Of a stretch of DNA of 64,000 nucleotides, positions 39,788 to 49,869 are shown piece after piece (the first letter of the stretch is position 1; every line of letters starts with the position of its first letter). The notes beneath the pieces are model-generated. The model worked only from the letters and a program-made list of their open reading frames with translations. It made no database searches and had not been told where the DNA came from. This DNA comes from a virus. Location: IMG/VR virus record IMGVR_UViG_3300042540_000949, positions 1 to 64,000 of that record; one strand, given 5' to 3'. Made by a program: the position numbers and the translations under genes.

Positions 39788-40217
39788 TCACAACCTCAGC
39801 CTCAACTATATCTTTATCCGTACTTCTTTCCTTGTTTATCAGATTTTGCAGATCTTTGGTAGATCCAACAAAGACAGAATTGTTTGTCTGCTTGACTTCA
39901 ATCTTTGTACCAGTTGTATCCTTTGCTTTTTTATGCACATCCAACACATTGTTGTTTAGATCAGACATTGTCTTTAAAAGAATGGCAACAACCTCAAAGG
40001 CTCTAGGACTATCGGATTCTGTGGCCACTTTCAAAGCACTTTCCAATGCCACATTTCCACTGCCAATAAGAGACTTCAGATTATCTTGAACCAGTGCATA
40101 ATCTTTTTGAAAATTAGCAATATCAAAGGTTCCACCTGATTGGGGTGGTTTATCCAAAGAACTATTTTGTCCTTCAGGGACATTAAAAAGTTTTGCCAAA
40201 TTTTTATTAATATTCAT
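39768..40217 (-). CDS. gp16: Terminase small subunit (gp16)
   Basis: DYALVQDNL, SPRAFEV, NNSVFVGSTKDLQ. Confidence 0.92.
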   Translation of the reverse strand: MNINKNLAKLFNVPEGQNSSLDKPPQSGGTFDIANFQKDYALVQDNLKSLIGSGNVALESALKVATESDSPRAFEVVAILLKTMSDLNNNVLDVHKKAKDTTGTKIEVKQTNNSVFVGSTKDLQNLINKERSTDKDIVEAEVVNEPKQQ

Positions 40218-40219
40218 GT

Positions 40220-40879
40220 TTATTCAAAATCAATCTCAGTCGCCGTAGTATTAATAGTCGTTACACTGTTCACACCACCAAATATGTATGATTTGGCCAA
40301 GAAGTTAAATGATGCGATATGCATTCTTCTGCTGTTAAAATCACCCTCATATCGGTCTGTCAGGTTGTTTGAAACCATTACGATTGGGATGTTTAATTTA
40401 TCACCATCCTCTGTAAGTTCAATCTTTATCATGTGATCTGGAACAAAGAATGGCATGATTTGCTCAACAATTTGCAACATGTCATCAATATGTCTTGTGT
40501 AGACAAAGAGGTTTATTCCAACATTTACAGGTTGTTCATTGGCTATTTGTGATCCAGTATTTGTACAATTTCCACCAGATTGATTTAATGCAATTGATGA
40601 AGAAAATCTTGCACGCCGTCTTGATGGGTCTGGGAGAATGTTATTTACATGATAACTTATTCTTGGCAACTGATTCTCAATTCTTGTTCCATCAGTTATT
40701 GAAGAGGGATTTAAAAGTCTTTGAATAAATTTTTCTTGTGATGCATATGTAATTGGAACTCTTAAAGTAGTATTTGGATCAGCACCATTGTTGTCGTGGG
40801 AAACATAAATGTTGTTGAACAAAGTTCCAAATCCCACCACTAATCGTCTTAAACTTTTATTATAGTAGTATCCAAACAT
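40220..40879 (-). CDS. gp15: Tail sheath stabiliser/terminator (gp15)
   Basis: YYNKSLRRLVVGFGTLFNNI, VPITYA, LPRIS, QIVEQIMPFF. Confidence 0.93.
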   Translation of the reverse strand: MFGYYYNKSLRRLVVGFGTLFNNIYVSHDNNGADPNTTLRVPITYASQEKFIQRLLNPSSITDGTRIENQLPRISYHVNNILPDPSRRRARFSSSIALNQSGGNCTNTGSQIANEQPVNVGINLFVYTRHIDDMLQIVEQIMPFFVPDHMIKIELTEDGDKLNIPIVMVSNNLTDRYEGDFNSRRMHIASFNFLAKSYIFGGVNSVTTINTTATEIDFE

Positions 40880-40892
40880 CGTTTTACCTCAT

Positions 40893-41555
40893 TTAAGATC
40901 CACAGTTGTTTGCGGGATTGTTTTCGTCAAATTCATACAATGCAGCTTCGGTGTCTAAAATATCATTGATTCCAGCAGTAGTTCCAAGAATGTTGTTTCT
41001 TGGAATCATGGTTGCACCAGTAAAACCAAATGTGGTTGTATATGGTGAGTTTACTGCAGGACTTGGTGTGGCAATCTTTTCGTAACTGTATGTGAAGAGT
41101 TCTGCGGTTATTTGATAAGAATAAAGTTTGCCCAATGGGTATAGGGGGTTTTCATGTTCTACAAAGTTTATTTCAAACAAAGATTTTGAGAGAGGAAAGT
41201 AGATTAAATCACCTTCTCTGGGTCTTATGATTGTTGGATCAACATTTGTAACCTGCTCTTTGAATCTTCTCCGAGCCATCAACAAAGATATTTTATCTTT
41301 GATTTCAATGCCAAACTGAGTAACGATATCAGTTCCCTCAAATCCCTTGTAAGATTGAATATACATTTCTATTGTATATGTCTTATCAAAAAAAGAACTG
41401 GGATCTTCTCCAAATAGTCTGTCTATGTTTAAAGCATTTCTCGGAACATAGAGACAATCTTGACCAACTCCTTGAATCAATTCAACAGTGATATCCTCAA
41501 CCAAATTTTGTTCAGGATTGTATGAAGTTAAATTGATATAAGGATTGATTGCCAT
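40893..41555 (-). CDS. gp14: Neck protein (gp14)
   Basis: LFGEDP, IEMYI, RPREGDLIYFP, FEINFVEHE. Confidence 0.93.
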   Translation of the reverse strand: MAINPYINLTSYNPEQNLVEDITVELIQGVGQDCLYVPRNALNIDRLFGEDPSSFFDKTYTIEMYIQSYKGFEGTDIVTQFGIEIKDKISLLMARRRFKEQVTNVDPTIIRPREGDLIYFPLSKSLFEINFVEHENPLYPLGKLYSYQITAELFTYSYEKIATPSPAVNSPYTTTFGFTGATMIPRNNILGTTAGINDILDTEAALYEFDENNPANNCGS

Positions 41556-41557
41556 TT

Positions 41558-42385
41558 TTATCCAATCAATGGATCCACGGGGAGTTCGTAGTTTCTCAAC
41601 AATGTATTTTCTATTTCAGTTATCTCACGCACAGCATCTTGCATTATGGCAGGAGCATTCAACTGAGCCCCACCGGGCAATGGAACACCAGCAAACTTCA
41701 TCAAGTTTTGTGCCCATTGTTTTTTCACCAAGGCCGCAAAATATCTTTGGAACAATCGATCTTGCCAAACTTTTTCAAATTTATCAGAATCAATTTTTAC
41801 ATAGGCTTCAACCAAAAGATATGATTTGCCTTCAAGGTTACTGTAATCGGTATCCAAAAACAATCTTTGCGTTGTTTTGGTGTAAGTATAAGACATCGGA
41901 TAATTGAATACATCGTTTATCAACTTAACATAAGACATCGCTTCCATATAAGATGCCATGGGCGCTGATGGATAGCCTGACTGATTAAAATAAAGACCGA
42001 AGAAATCAAAAAGAGTCATTTGATATCTAAGGTCAAACATGTAATCACCGACTTGATTGTCTGCCGTATAAACCTTAGATATCGAAACGATGTCTTGGCC
42101 CGTTGGATAATAAGAAGTTGCTCCGCTACTATCAGTTCTTATTTGAGCACCCAAAGCAGGGCCAAACGTGCTCACATCGAAATAGTTGCGTGCAATGTCT
42201 TGTGGTTGCATTTGATAGGAAAACAGGGCTCTTTGATTGAAGTCAAAGTGCCTTTCTTCCATGTAACGAAGGGCTTCTTCCAAACGATCCTCAACCTGCT
42301 GAGGATCTACATTGATTTGAACGACTGGAGCACCTAAAGTTCTTAATGTGTAGTCAATGAATTCTTGACGGGTGGTAATTGGCAT
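41558..42385 (-). CDS. gp13: Neck protein (gp13)
   Basis: YTLRTLGAPVVQINV, KKQWAQNLMKF.GVPLPGG; ATAAATA at 42394-42400. Confidence 0.94.
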   Translation of the reverse strand: MPITTRQEFIDYTLRTLGAPVVQINVDPQQVEDRLEEALRYMEERHFDFNQRALFSYQMQPQDIARNYFDVSTFGPALGAQIRTDSSGATSYYPTGQDIVSISKVYTADNQVGDYMFDLRYQMTLFDFFGLYFNQSGYPSAPMASYMEAMSYVKLINDVFNYPMSYTYTKTTQRLFLDTDYSNLEGKSYLLVEAYVKIDSDKFEKVWQDRLFQRYFAALVKKQWAQNLMKFAGVPLPGGAQLNAPAIMQDAVREITEIENTLLRNYELPVDPLIG

Positions 42386-42396
42386 CTTAGAAATAT

Positions 42397-42843
42397 TTAT
42401 GAATCTTCAATTACCTTATTTAAGTCTTCCATAATCTTTTCTTGCAAAGGATTCGATCCAATCGTAATTTGAATAAATTGGAGTTGATCTGGGTCAAAAT
42501 TTTCTATATCTTGTTTTCTGGCCTTGGTTTCGGGTTCATATGCATTCGGGTCATAATTGGAAAACCCAGGCATTTTTAATGGACAATCTAGTTTTGGATA
42601 ATCCAGCTTGGAGTAATATTTTGACTCCTTTATCAACCAAGTGTGGCGATGGTCACCACAACCACATTTACCGCAATAATGCTTTCCCTTGATTTTACTT
42701 GGTTTTAGATGAATACATGCTGGTATTTCCCCGTGACCGAAACAAGACAGAGCCCTCAATTTTTTTGTTGATTCATCTATCTTTTTGGAATTAAATCCAC
42801 GCGATGCGATTGATGCCGCAAACATAACCATTTTTGAAAACAT
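42397..42843 (-). CDS. Cys-rich hypothetical protein (R..SC...C...CGKCGC...KL...CP)
   Basis: Same motif as ORF 56997-57548. Confidence 0.6.
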   Translation of the reverse strand: MFSKMVMFAASIASRGFNSKKIDESTKKLRALSCFGHGEIPACIHLKPSKIKGKHYCGKCGCGDHRHTWLIKESKYYSKLDYPKLDCPLKMPGFSNYDPNAYEPETKARKQDIENFDPDQLQFIQITIGSNPLQEKIMEDLNKVIEDS

Positions 42844-43478
42844 CAGAACTCTCCATAAATAACGCTCATTCCGGCAGGCAACACATGTTCTTCTAGGAAT
42901 GGTCTAAACTGCTTTAGTCTTTCAGAATTTGCACTGGTAGTGTTTACTTGTATGACAGCTGCGTTTACAGTAAAAACATCAACTGAATCCCAGTCAAATC
43001 CCAAAAGTGTGCAGATTAGATATTTTGTTGCTTGAGGTGTTCCCTTTTCATTAAAATAATTGGCATCCGCATTAATCAAAAATTTTCTTATGTTTGGCAG
43101 TATAGAAGCATATGGTTCTTGGGAAAAGTCCACATCCGGAAAATAAAAGTCTGCGTATGCTTCCAAAAATTTTGAATTTGTTTTTAATGAATAGCGAAGT
43201 GTCTCCCAGTTTAATTGGGCACCGTATCCATATTCCAATGAAAATAGCCAACGAAGATAATTTTTGATTATAGGAACAACCAAAACTGTATCTGGCTCAT
43301 TTTCATAGGCATCCATTATCCATGATGGAAATAGAGCCCTTACAGTAAGATTGTCTCCAAACCAGTAAGAATCATCGATATCATAAAAATCTGAACCATA
43401 AAGTTCTTTGGCTCTTTCGATCAAATATGAAATTTTTACCTGTTCCGAAACAGGTTGACTGTTAAAAAATAAAATCAT
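42843..43478 (-). CDS. Baseplate wedge subunit (gp7-like, minimal)
   Basis: FPSWI...YLRWL...KGTPQATKYL...VLPAGM; follows gp6. Confidence 0.65.
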   Translation of the reverse strand: MILFFNSQPVSEQVKISYLIERAKELYGSDFYDIDDSYWFGDNLTVRALFPSWIMDAYENEPDTVLVVPIIKNYLRWLFSLEYGYGAQLNWETLRYSLKTNSKFLEAYADFYFPDVDFSQEPYASILPNIRKFLINADANYFNEKGTPQATKYLICTLLGFDWDSVDVFTVNAAVIQVNTTSANSERLKQFRPFLEEHVLPAGMSVIYGEF

Positions 43479-44548
43479 TGTTTATAGACCACTGATATGC
43501 CAACAGGCACACGATTGGAGATGTAATCGATCAATTGGGATTGTTCGGCAAACCCAAGACCATCTACATATATCTTCACTTGTCCTGGAAGAATGTCATT
43601 TCCCACGCTTATTGAAGATTCATTTTCGGTTCCACTGATTCCTGAACTCATTATTGCATTCTTGTAGTCTCTCAATGTAACACATCTTTCTTGACCAGTT
43701 GCCTTGAACAAAAGAGATGCTTTTGCTGTTTTCATTGAAATTTGATTGTATCCACCATTCGGTGTTGCAGATGTGCCAAAAATTACATTTGATGGAGCAC
43801 CAATCGTACCGTTGTTTCCCACTGAACCATTGCTTATAACTGCTTTGACAATTACTTTGCTAGAAGTTGTTATTTGTCTGGATGATGCAAAGTTGTTAGT
43901 AACAACATAACCTTGAGGACCATTGATTACAGAAAAATGAGTATTATTCTTGGTGGTGGTTGTGTTTGCTTTGTCAACTCTCGTCCATTTGGTTGTTACG
44001 TTTGTTGCAACGTCTGTTTCATAAAATCCGATGGTATCCGGATTTACGCTGTAAGGTAGTTCACAAGACTGCGTGGTAAAATCATAGTTTGTGTAAAACA
44101 CGACTTCCAAACCAGAATAAAGATTTATGGATTTTGAAGTATTGGCAGCTATCGATTCAATATTGTAAAAAAACAAATCTGCACCATTTGTAGCCGTACC
44201 TCTGAATGCACTATACTCGTCAAGTGCAGAAGTTACTGTAACAGTACGATTGCAGGAAGCCGATTTGGTTGGAATGACCAACACCGAGTTGTTTGAGGCA
44301 ATTCCGAGCAAGGATTCCATTACTGTTGCCGTGGTTGCAAAACTATTGATAAACCCGTATTGTGCATACACACCATTATAAGCAGTAGCGGTGCATAATA
44401 TGTTCAACAACATATTTACTGCACTTGCTTGATTTTGAAAGTCTAGATTTTTTAATTCTTCTTGTTGTTGTAAAAAAGCAACCATTGAAGTTTTGATGTC
44501 ATCAAAATCCAAGGAGGCTACATTTAAGTTTTTTATGTTATATGTCAT
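43475..44548 (-). CDS. gp6: Baseplate wedge protein (gp6-like)
   Basis: LDFDDIKTSM..FL, QERCVTLRDY, PGQVKIY; start 44548 (MTYNIK) coupled to gp25. Confidence 0.85.
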   Translation of the reverse strand: MTYNIKNLNVASLDFDDIKTSMVAFLQQQEELKNLDFQNQASAVNMLLNILCTATAYNGVYAQYGFINSFATTATVMESLLGIASNNSVLVIPTKSASCNRTVTVTSALDEYSAFRGTATNGADLFFYNIESIAANTSKSINLYSGLEVVFYTNYDFTTQSCELPYSVNPDTIGFYETDVATNVTTKWTRVDKANTTTTKNNTHFSVINGPQGYVVTNNFASSRQITTSSKVIVKAVISNGSVGNNGTIGAPSNVIFGTSATPNGGYNQISMKTAKASLLFKATGQERCVTLRDYKNAIMSSGISGTENESSISVGNDILPGQVKIYVDGLGFAEQSQLIDYISNRVPVGISVVYKQ

Positions 44549-44925
44549 CAGATTGGGACCTCTATGAAGCAACTCATTTGATTTTGAAATTTGATTCCAT
44601 CATAAAAACTGAATCGTACCTCAAATTCCATTTCTGTTTCTGTACGAGAACGAAGAACGACTTTGACATTCGTAAGTTTTCCTAGTGCTGCCTGAATGTA
44701 TGAAGCCAATTCAAACTCCAAAGTTCCTACATCATTTGTTCCAAACAAGTAACTGTAATAATTTGAACCCAAATTCATATTTGAGACAACTTCATTTTTT
44801 TGAGTTTTTATCACATTTTCTATGTACTGAACATAAGCATTGTAACCACTGACCATGGAAATGTCTTTTTTGGTCGTTGTGGTGTTTACTGGTTCAAGAA
44901 ATATAGAAAAATCTCTGGCTATCAT
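44548..44925 (-). CDS. gp25: Baseplate wedge/sheath initiator (gp25-like)
   Basis: KDISMV...IENVIKTQKNE....NLGSN...YLF; CTAAATA at 44932-44938. Confidence 0.7.
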   Translation of the reverse strand: MIARDFSIFLEPVNTTTTKKDISMVSGYNAYVQYIENVIKTQKNEVVSNMNLGSNYYSYLFGTNDVGTLEFELASYIQAALGKLTNVKVVLRSRTETEMEFEVRFSFYDGIKFQNQMSCFIEVPI

Positions 44926-44939
44926 ACCAAATATTTAGA

Positions 44940-45737
44940 TCAAGGATAATCAGACGCAAATGTGCTTCCTGCAAGAGCGGGAGTTGTATTTTGTGGAATC
45001 TGAGACAATGCAAGGGCCGTTTCATGTGTTCCAGAGTTTGTTATAACATGCTTTACGCCAATTATGTAATAATGACCGTTCAACAATGACTGGCCCGGAT
45101 AATATGGATAACCGCTAGCAGCATTTACATTCAGGAACACCAATTGTCCTATTTTGAGATTGAAATCACCAGCCACAGTGATATTCATCTTTTTTCCATA
45201 TTTTAAACCATCCAAAAATTCTGCACGCAGAATTGGAGTTTCTTTTGGTGTATTCCAGAATGTGGCGACATTTAATCGTAATTTTACATAGGCATGAAAA
45301 TCTGGACCGAGATCAGGACATGTACAACTAAATGGTGCCGAAGGTGTCCCCCAAAGACAACCTAGCCACGATTCACCCAAATTGGATACAATTTCTTCAC
45401 ATTCATATTGTGGTTCATCCAAATATAAATCAATAGGAGCAAAAGTATCTTCTATTCCACTTGCTGGTTTTGTTGCCCCTTTCCAAAGATCTAAAATGTA
45501 TGCTGGAGGTCCACACGGTCCAGCAGGCCCAACCGTCATGCCTTTGATAAATCCAATTTTTTCTGCTATACCTTTTACACTTGGAAATCTATCAAAGCAT
45601 TCAGCAAAAGTATCTGGTGATCCACATAAGCCTCTTGTAATGGTAGAGTTGGCGCATTCATATGCACCCTTTGAATTGGGTGCATAAAAAGCATTCTTTG
45701 AGTCAGTGGATCCATATGTTATGATTTGTTTTGACAT
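44940..45737 (-). CDS. C-terminal part of a gp27/GPD-like baseplate hub
   Basis: ITVAGDFNLKIGQLV...LNGHYYIIGVKHVI...HETAL hub C-terminal pattern; start 45737 preferred. Confidence 0.55.
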   Translation of the reverse strand: MSKQIITYGSTDSKNAFYAPNSKGAYECANSTITRGLCGSPDTFAECFDRFPSVKGIAEKIGFIKGMTVGPAGPCGPPAYILDLWKGATKPASGIEDTFAPIDLYLDEPQYECEEIVSNLGESWLGCLWGTPSAPFSCTCPDLGPDFHAYVKLRLNVATFWNTPKETPILRAEFLDGLKYGKKMNITVAGDFNLKIGQLVFLNVNAASGYPYYPGQSLLNGHYYIIGVKHVITNSGTHETALALSQIPQNTTPALAGSTFASDYP

Positions 45738-45738
45738 A

Positions 45739-47712
45739 TTATGGTGTTCCTGTATCGCAGCATCCGTCAACTACGTTTTCTGCTATAAAGTAATACAAAA
45801 CATTTTCACCATCGGTATATTTGCATATTTTGGCTATGTGATAAATGTCACCACCAGTTCCCGGTGTAAATGTACTTGATGATTCACCGATAGGTCTATA
45901 ATTAAACCCACTGGGCAAACAAGAAGGAACCCAACCAGGTGCCAAATAATTTCCTGTTGTACCACGTTCATTTAGATTTATAGCCCAAGTTTCATCTTGA
46001 GTTGGAGAAGACGCTAACCCCGAAGGCTTCCAATTTTCAATTTGATGGAAGTAAATTCCTCCACATGCGCCACACGCCCCGCATGCACCTCCCGCCCCAC
46101 AAGCACCACACGCACCAGAACTTCCAGAAAACTGCAATTCGTTCCATCTATAACGATATATATTTGCCCCTGACGTTCCTTTAGTTGAATCTAATTCATA
46201 TCTAGTTAATGCGGCAAAGAAACAGTTTTCTCCACTTTCTTTTCCCATGCAACATAGTACATAACCAACAAAGTTTTGTAATTCTATTTTTCTGTATAAC
46301 TCTAATTGCTTTTGTGCACCACAAAGACCCTTTTCAAATGAACGATATCTTCCGTTAATGACTTTTTGTAAATTTGTATTTACACCAATAATTCCGCCAG
46401 CATCTGGATAATTTGGATCCAGTGGAGTCAAATCAAACATATTTTTCCACATTTCGGTGTTGTCAACGTAAGGCATATAACCGGAAGATCCCATCAAATT
46501 CATATTTTTATATGCCGAATCAGTTCCAAATACTTGTCCTATGTGAGTTAAATGACTAACATGATTCATGGAGTCTAGATCGTCATAATAACCCCAGTGA
46601 TTTGTATAGTGCAATTGATCTGATCCTGGGATTGCAGTCGCCCCCGGTGCTGTTGTTATCAATTCAATGTTATATTTTTGTCCTTCATCTTGGTATTGAT
46701 ATGACAAATCAGAATAAATTCGTAAATCTTTTTCTCCATTATCTGCACACAAACCGGGTGGCAAAACATCCAACACCTTTGGAGTTTTTCTAATGTAATA
46801 GTAATTTTTTGAAATGAATTGATATGCTGGATCTGTACTGAAGAAATAAATTTTTCTATACAGTTTTGTTGGATCTATTCCAGAGCCTGCTGGTGGTGTC
46901 ATTTTTTGCAAAACAGCTTCACCATCATAGATACCAAAATTTCTATTATTTGTATAAACTATTCCATTTACAACAGATGTTGTTCGATTGTCTATATTTC
47001 CAAAAGAAGGATCGGAATTTAGTTTATCATCATATCTAAATGCCTTAAAATTAACTGTTCCATCAAATTCAGTCCAAAACATGTAAGTAGGTAATCTACT
47101 ATTATATTCTAAAGCATTTGTAGTAAGATAATTTAAGTAATTTAACGCATTGTCCGATACCATTTCTTCGCGGGAATCCATGGTATTAATTGGGCGATAC
47201 AAAACATAGTTTGAAGTAATATCATTGTATCCACCACTGTAACCAAAAAAACTGGATTTTACTCTAGCAACAAAATCATGAATAAATTCTACTGATGGTT
47301 TTTTGTTTCCCAATAGTTGGTTTAAAGAAGTTTGTTGTGCTTTTTTGTAATAGGTGTTTGTAAAATATATGCCAACAAAGTTTTCTTCTGTTTCCGATGC
47401 TGCGTTGTTTAAGTAACTTACGCTAGTGATATCTAAATTCCACACATTTGAATTAAAAAATTCAACATAAATTTTAGATATTTCAAATTGTTTTATTCTT
47501 GAGACAATGTCCTTGGTATCTCTTACAATCAAAACTCCATTTGGAAAAATGTCATTGACATTTTCAACAAACTCAATTCTTTCAAATTGACATTCTGTGT
47601 TTTGTCTTAAAATATTAAGTCGAACAGTAGTTGATGGAATAGACTCATCATCAAGGTAAATGGCCTTAATAGTAGAATATGCAGGATTATACTGTGATTG
47701 TGTGTTTGCCAT
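45739..47712 (-). CDS. N-terminal part of a gp27-like baseplate hub with a Cys-rich insertion
   Basis: IEFVENVNDIFPNGVLIVRD, YMFWTEFDGTVNF; follows gp53; CTAAATA at 47723-47729. Confidence 0.5.
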   Translation of the reverse strand: MANTQSQYNPAYSTIKAIYLDDESIPSTTVRLNILRQNTECQFERIEFVENVNDIFPNGVLIVRDTKDIVSRIKQFEISKIYVEFFNSNVWNLDITSVSYLNNAASETEENFVGIYFTNTYYKKAQQTSLNQLLGNKKPSVEFIHDFVARVKSSFFGYSGGYNDITSNYVLYRPINTMDSREEMVSDNALNYLNYLTTNALEYNSRLPTYMFWTEFDGTVNFKAFRYDDKLNSDPSFGNIDNRTTSVVNGIVYTNNRNFGIYDGEAVLQKMTPPAGSGIDPTKLYRKIYFFSTDPAYQFISKNYYYIRKTPKVLDVLPPGLCADNGEKDLRIYSDLSYQYQDEGQKYNIELITTAPGATAIPGSDQLHYTNHWGYYDDLDSMNHVSHLTHIGQVFGTDSAYKNMNLMGSSGYMPYVDNTEMWKNMFDLTPLDPNYPDAGGIIGVNTNLQKVINGRYRSFEKGLCGAQKQLELYRKIELQNFVGYVLCCMGKESGENCFFAALTRYELDSTKGTSGANIYRYRWNELQFSGSSGACGACGAGGACGACGACGGIYFHQIENWKPSGLASSPTQDETWAINLNERGTTGNYLAPGWVPSCLPSGFNYRPIGESSSTFTPGTGGDIYHIAKICKYTDGENVLYYFIAENVVDGCCDTGTP

Positions 47713-47715
47713 TAC

Positions 47716-48558
47716 TCATGAATATTTAGTGGTCACATACAAACCCTTCAGAACACCAATCTGTTCTGGGAGGTAGGCATTTATGTTTTTTGATTGTTGT
47801 TCCACTACTTGAACTTCAGTGACATCTATGGGCGTAGAAGATGTCGTTGTAGTAGTTGTTGTCGATTTAGTTGATGATGTTTTTGTTTTTCTGGAAGAAA
47901 CCAGTTCTTCAATTTTTCCTTCTTCTGAAAGTTCTACTTTTACAACTTCCTTTGTAGCACTTTTTGAGTTGGTTGGATAAAATTGTTTTTGAATCGTATA
48001 TGTTCCACCAGAAGTTGGAGAGATGATAACAATGTTTGAACCAGTTAATCCATCTTGCAAAATAAATGAATATGTTGCACCCCTTTGATCCTTGATGATC
48101 ATCGTGTCTTTGTAGTAATGAACACTTTCAATTATTGAGAGTGGACCATTTAAGTCAAAGTTTCCAACCGACTTATAGGAATAAGATCCACCAGTATTTA
48201 AAACATAGGGAGCTATGATGCTTCCTTTTGGGAAGGTAAATGCAGTTGCTCCTGTTGGTGAATCTGTAATTTTTAAAGTTGTCTTTACTTCATTTTCTTC
48301 AATGTAAATTGTTGTATTCGGAACAGGCAAAGTAAATGGATTAATTGTTTTATTTGCCAAGACAAACATCCAAAAGGAATTAATGTCAGAATAAACCGTG
48401 TATGCTTTTTCAAGAAGAGTCGATTTAGTATCAATTGTTACGGGAGAAACACTGATGTTAGCCAAATTTGGATCAATGTAAGTAAAAAAATCAGATATGG
48501 AAAAAGTTCCAATCGTTGATTCAAATGGCTTTGATGGAATATTTGCAAAATATTTCAT
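47716..48558 (-). CDS. gp53: Baseplate wedge protein (gp53-like)
   Basis: MKYFANIP, AYTVYSDINSFWMFVLAN..INPF, ESVHYY. Confidence 0.75.
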   Translation of the reverse strand: MKYFANIPSKPFESTIGTFSISDFFTYIDPNLANISVSPVTIDTKSTLLEKAYTVYSDINSFWMFVLANKTINPFTLPVPNTTIYIEENEVKTTLKITDSPTGATAFTFPKGSIIAPYVLNTGGSYSYKSVGNFDLNGPLSIIESVHYYKDTMIIKDQRGATYSFILQDGLTGSNIVIISPTSGGTYTIQKQFYPTNSKSATKEVVKVELSEEGKIEELVSSRKTKTSSTKSTTTTTTTSSTPIDVTEVQVVEQQSKNINAYLPEQIGVLKGLYVTTKYS

Positions 48559-48560
48559 GA

Positions 48561-49400
48561 TTATGCACTAGGCCCAAAGACGGCATAAGAAATTTCAGAT
48601 TTGGACAAAATTGCACCTTGACCATATTCTGTAGGTATTCCGGGTGCATATGTTCCGGTTTCGAATTCAGTAAAGAGCAATCCAAGAAGGGTGACTGAAG
48701 ATGCACCGTTTGGGAGATATCGTACCACGCTGTCAGCATCATCGTTCTTTTTGACAAACACGTTTTGGAGAACACAAACCAATGGCTCTCCAAGCCAATT
48801 TGCGGTTAAATTTCCTTCACCACCAAATGCAGGAACGTTTCCTTTAGTTACAGCCATAGTCCAAAGACCTTGTGGATAAGTTCTTTCGGGCAGATCAGCA
48901 ACTTGTGGATAAGATGCTTTTCTAAATGACCCAACAATTTGTTCTACATTCAATGATTCTTCTGGGGTTTTTGGAACAAAGATATATTGAAAGGAATATT
49001 GTTTTCTTCCTTCAGATACCATGGTGGCTTCGGCTATATTGCTAAATCTTCGGTAGGTTGATGTGGCAAACATTCTTTCATGGAAGAAAAGCATTGGTTG
49101 CAACATTCTTGACAACATTTGAACTCCACCTTCACCAAACATGTTTCCACCCATATTGGCAACACCAGCGCGAGTTAAAATGGGTCCAACAGGATTGTTG
49201 TTGCTTTCACCAAAGTTATGTTGGATTTGGTATCCGGGTTCCTTTGGCATGGGGAGTTTAATGTGAATTTGAGCCCGGTCAACCACCCCTGCACGGGTTC
49301 TTTCACTATTTTTTAATGAGTAAGGTGCAGCGTAAAAGTTCAACCATAATGGTTGTTCTTGTTCATATATTCCCAATGGATACTGATATCTTGAAGCCAT
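48561..49400 (-). CDS. gp48: Baseplate tail-tube cap (gp48-like)
   Basis: IKLPMP, RKQYSFQYIFVPKTPEES, CVLQNV, LLFTEFE. Confidence 0.75.
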   Translation of the reverse strand: MASRYQYPLGIYEQEQPLWLNFYAAPYSLKNSERTRAGVVDRAQIHIKLPMPKEPGYQIQHNFGESNNNPVGPILTRAGVANMGGNMFGEGGVQMLSRMLQPMLFFHERMFATSTYRRFSNIAEATMVSEGRKQYSFQYIFVPKTPEESLNVEQIVGSFRKASYPQVADLPERTYPQGLWTMAVTKGNVPAFGGEGNLTANWLGEPLVCVLQNVFVKKNDDADSVVRYLPNGASSVTLLGLLFTEFETGTYAPGIPTEYGQGAILSKSEISYAVFGPSA

Positions 49401-49408
49401 CTCTATAC

Positions 49409-49432
49409 TATTTAGATAAAATTACCTAAATA
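49409..49432. promoter_or_regulatory. Back-to-back late-type promoters CTAAATA (- 49409-49415; + 49426-49432)
   Basis: Located in the 37-bp gap between divergent gp48 and gp4. Confidence 0.65.
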
Positions 49433-49437
49433 TTTTT

Positions 49438-49869
49438 ATGGCATATAAGACCAAATTTATACCCACAAACAAGGAAAAATATGTAGGGGATGTAGGCAAG
49501 ATAACATGCAGATCCTTGTGGGAAAGGAATGTATGCAAATTTTGTGATCAAACCCCAAATGTATTAAAGTGGTCTTTTGAAGAAATTATAGTACCTTATA
49601 CAAGCCCTCTTGACAGAAAACAACATAACTATTTTCCAGACTTTGTAATTCAATTCAAAAATGATTCTGGAATAAACACTTGGATGGTTGAAGTTAAACC
49701 TAAAAAACAAACAGTATTGAAAGAAAATGCATCAAAGAAGGAAAAAATTACTTGGATTATCAATAATGCAAAGTGGGATGCTGCCAAGAAGTATTGTGAA
49801 AAAAACAACATGGAATTCAAAATAATCACAGAAAAAGAAATTTTTTCAAATGCCAACACCAATTATTGA
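49438..49869 (+). CDS. gp4: Head completion nuclease (gp4)
   Basis: KYVGD, RSLWER, WSFEE, YFPDF, VEVKP, NNAKW. Confidence 0.93.
   Translation: MAYKTKFIPTNKEKYVGDVGKITCRSLWERNVCKFCDQTPNVLKWSFEEIIVPYTSPLDRKQHNYFPDFVIQFKNDSGINTWMVEVKPKKQTVLKENASKKEKITWIINNAKWDAAKKYCEKNNMEFKIITEKEIFSNANTNY

Noticed and set aside
49438-49869. TnsA-like transposase / mobile element
   Set aside because: The motifs match T4 gp4 head completion nuclease in its usual context; no terminal repeats
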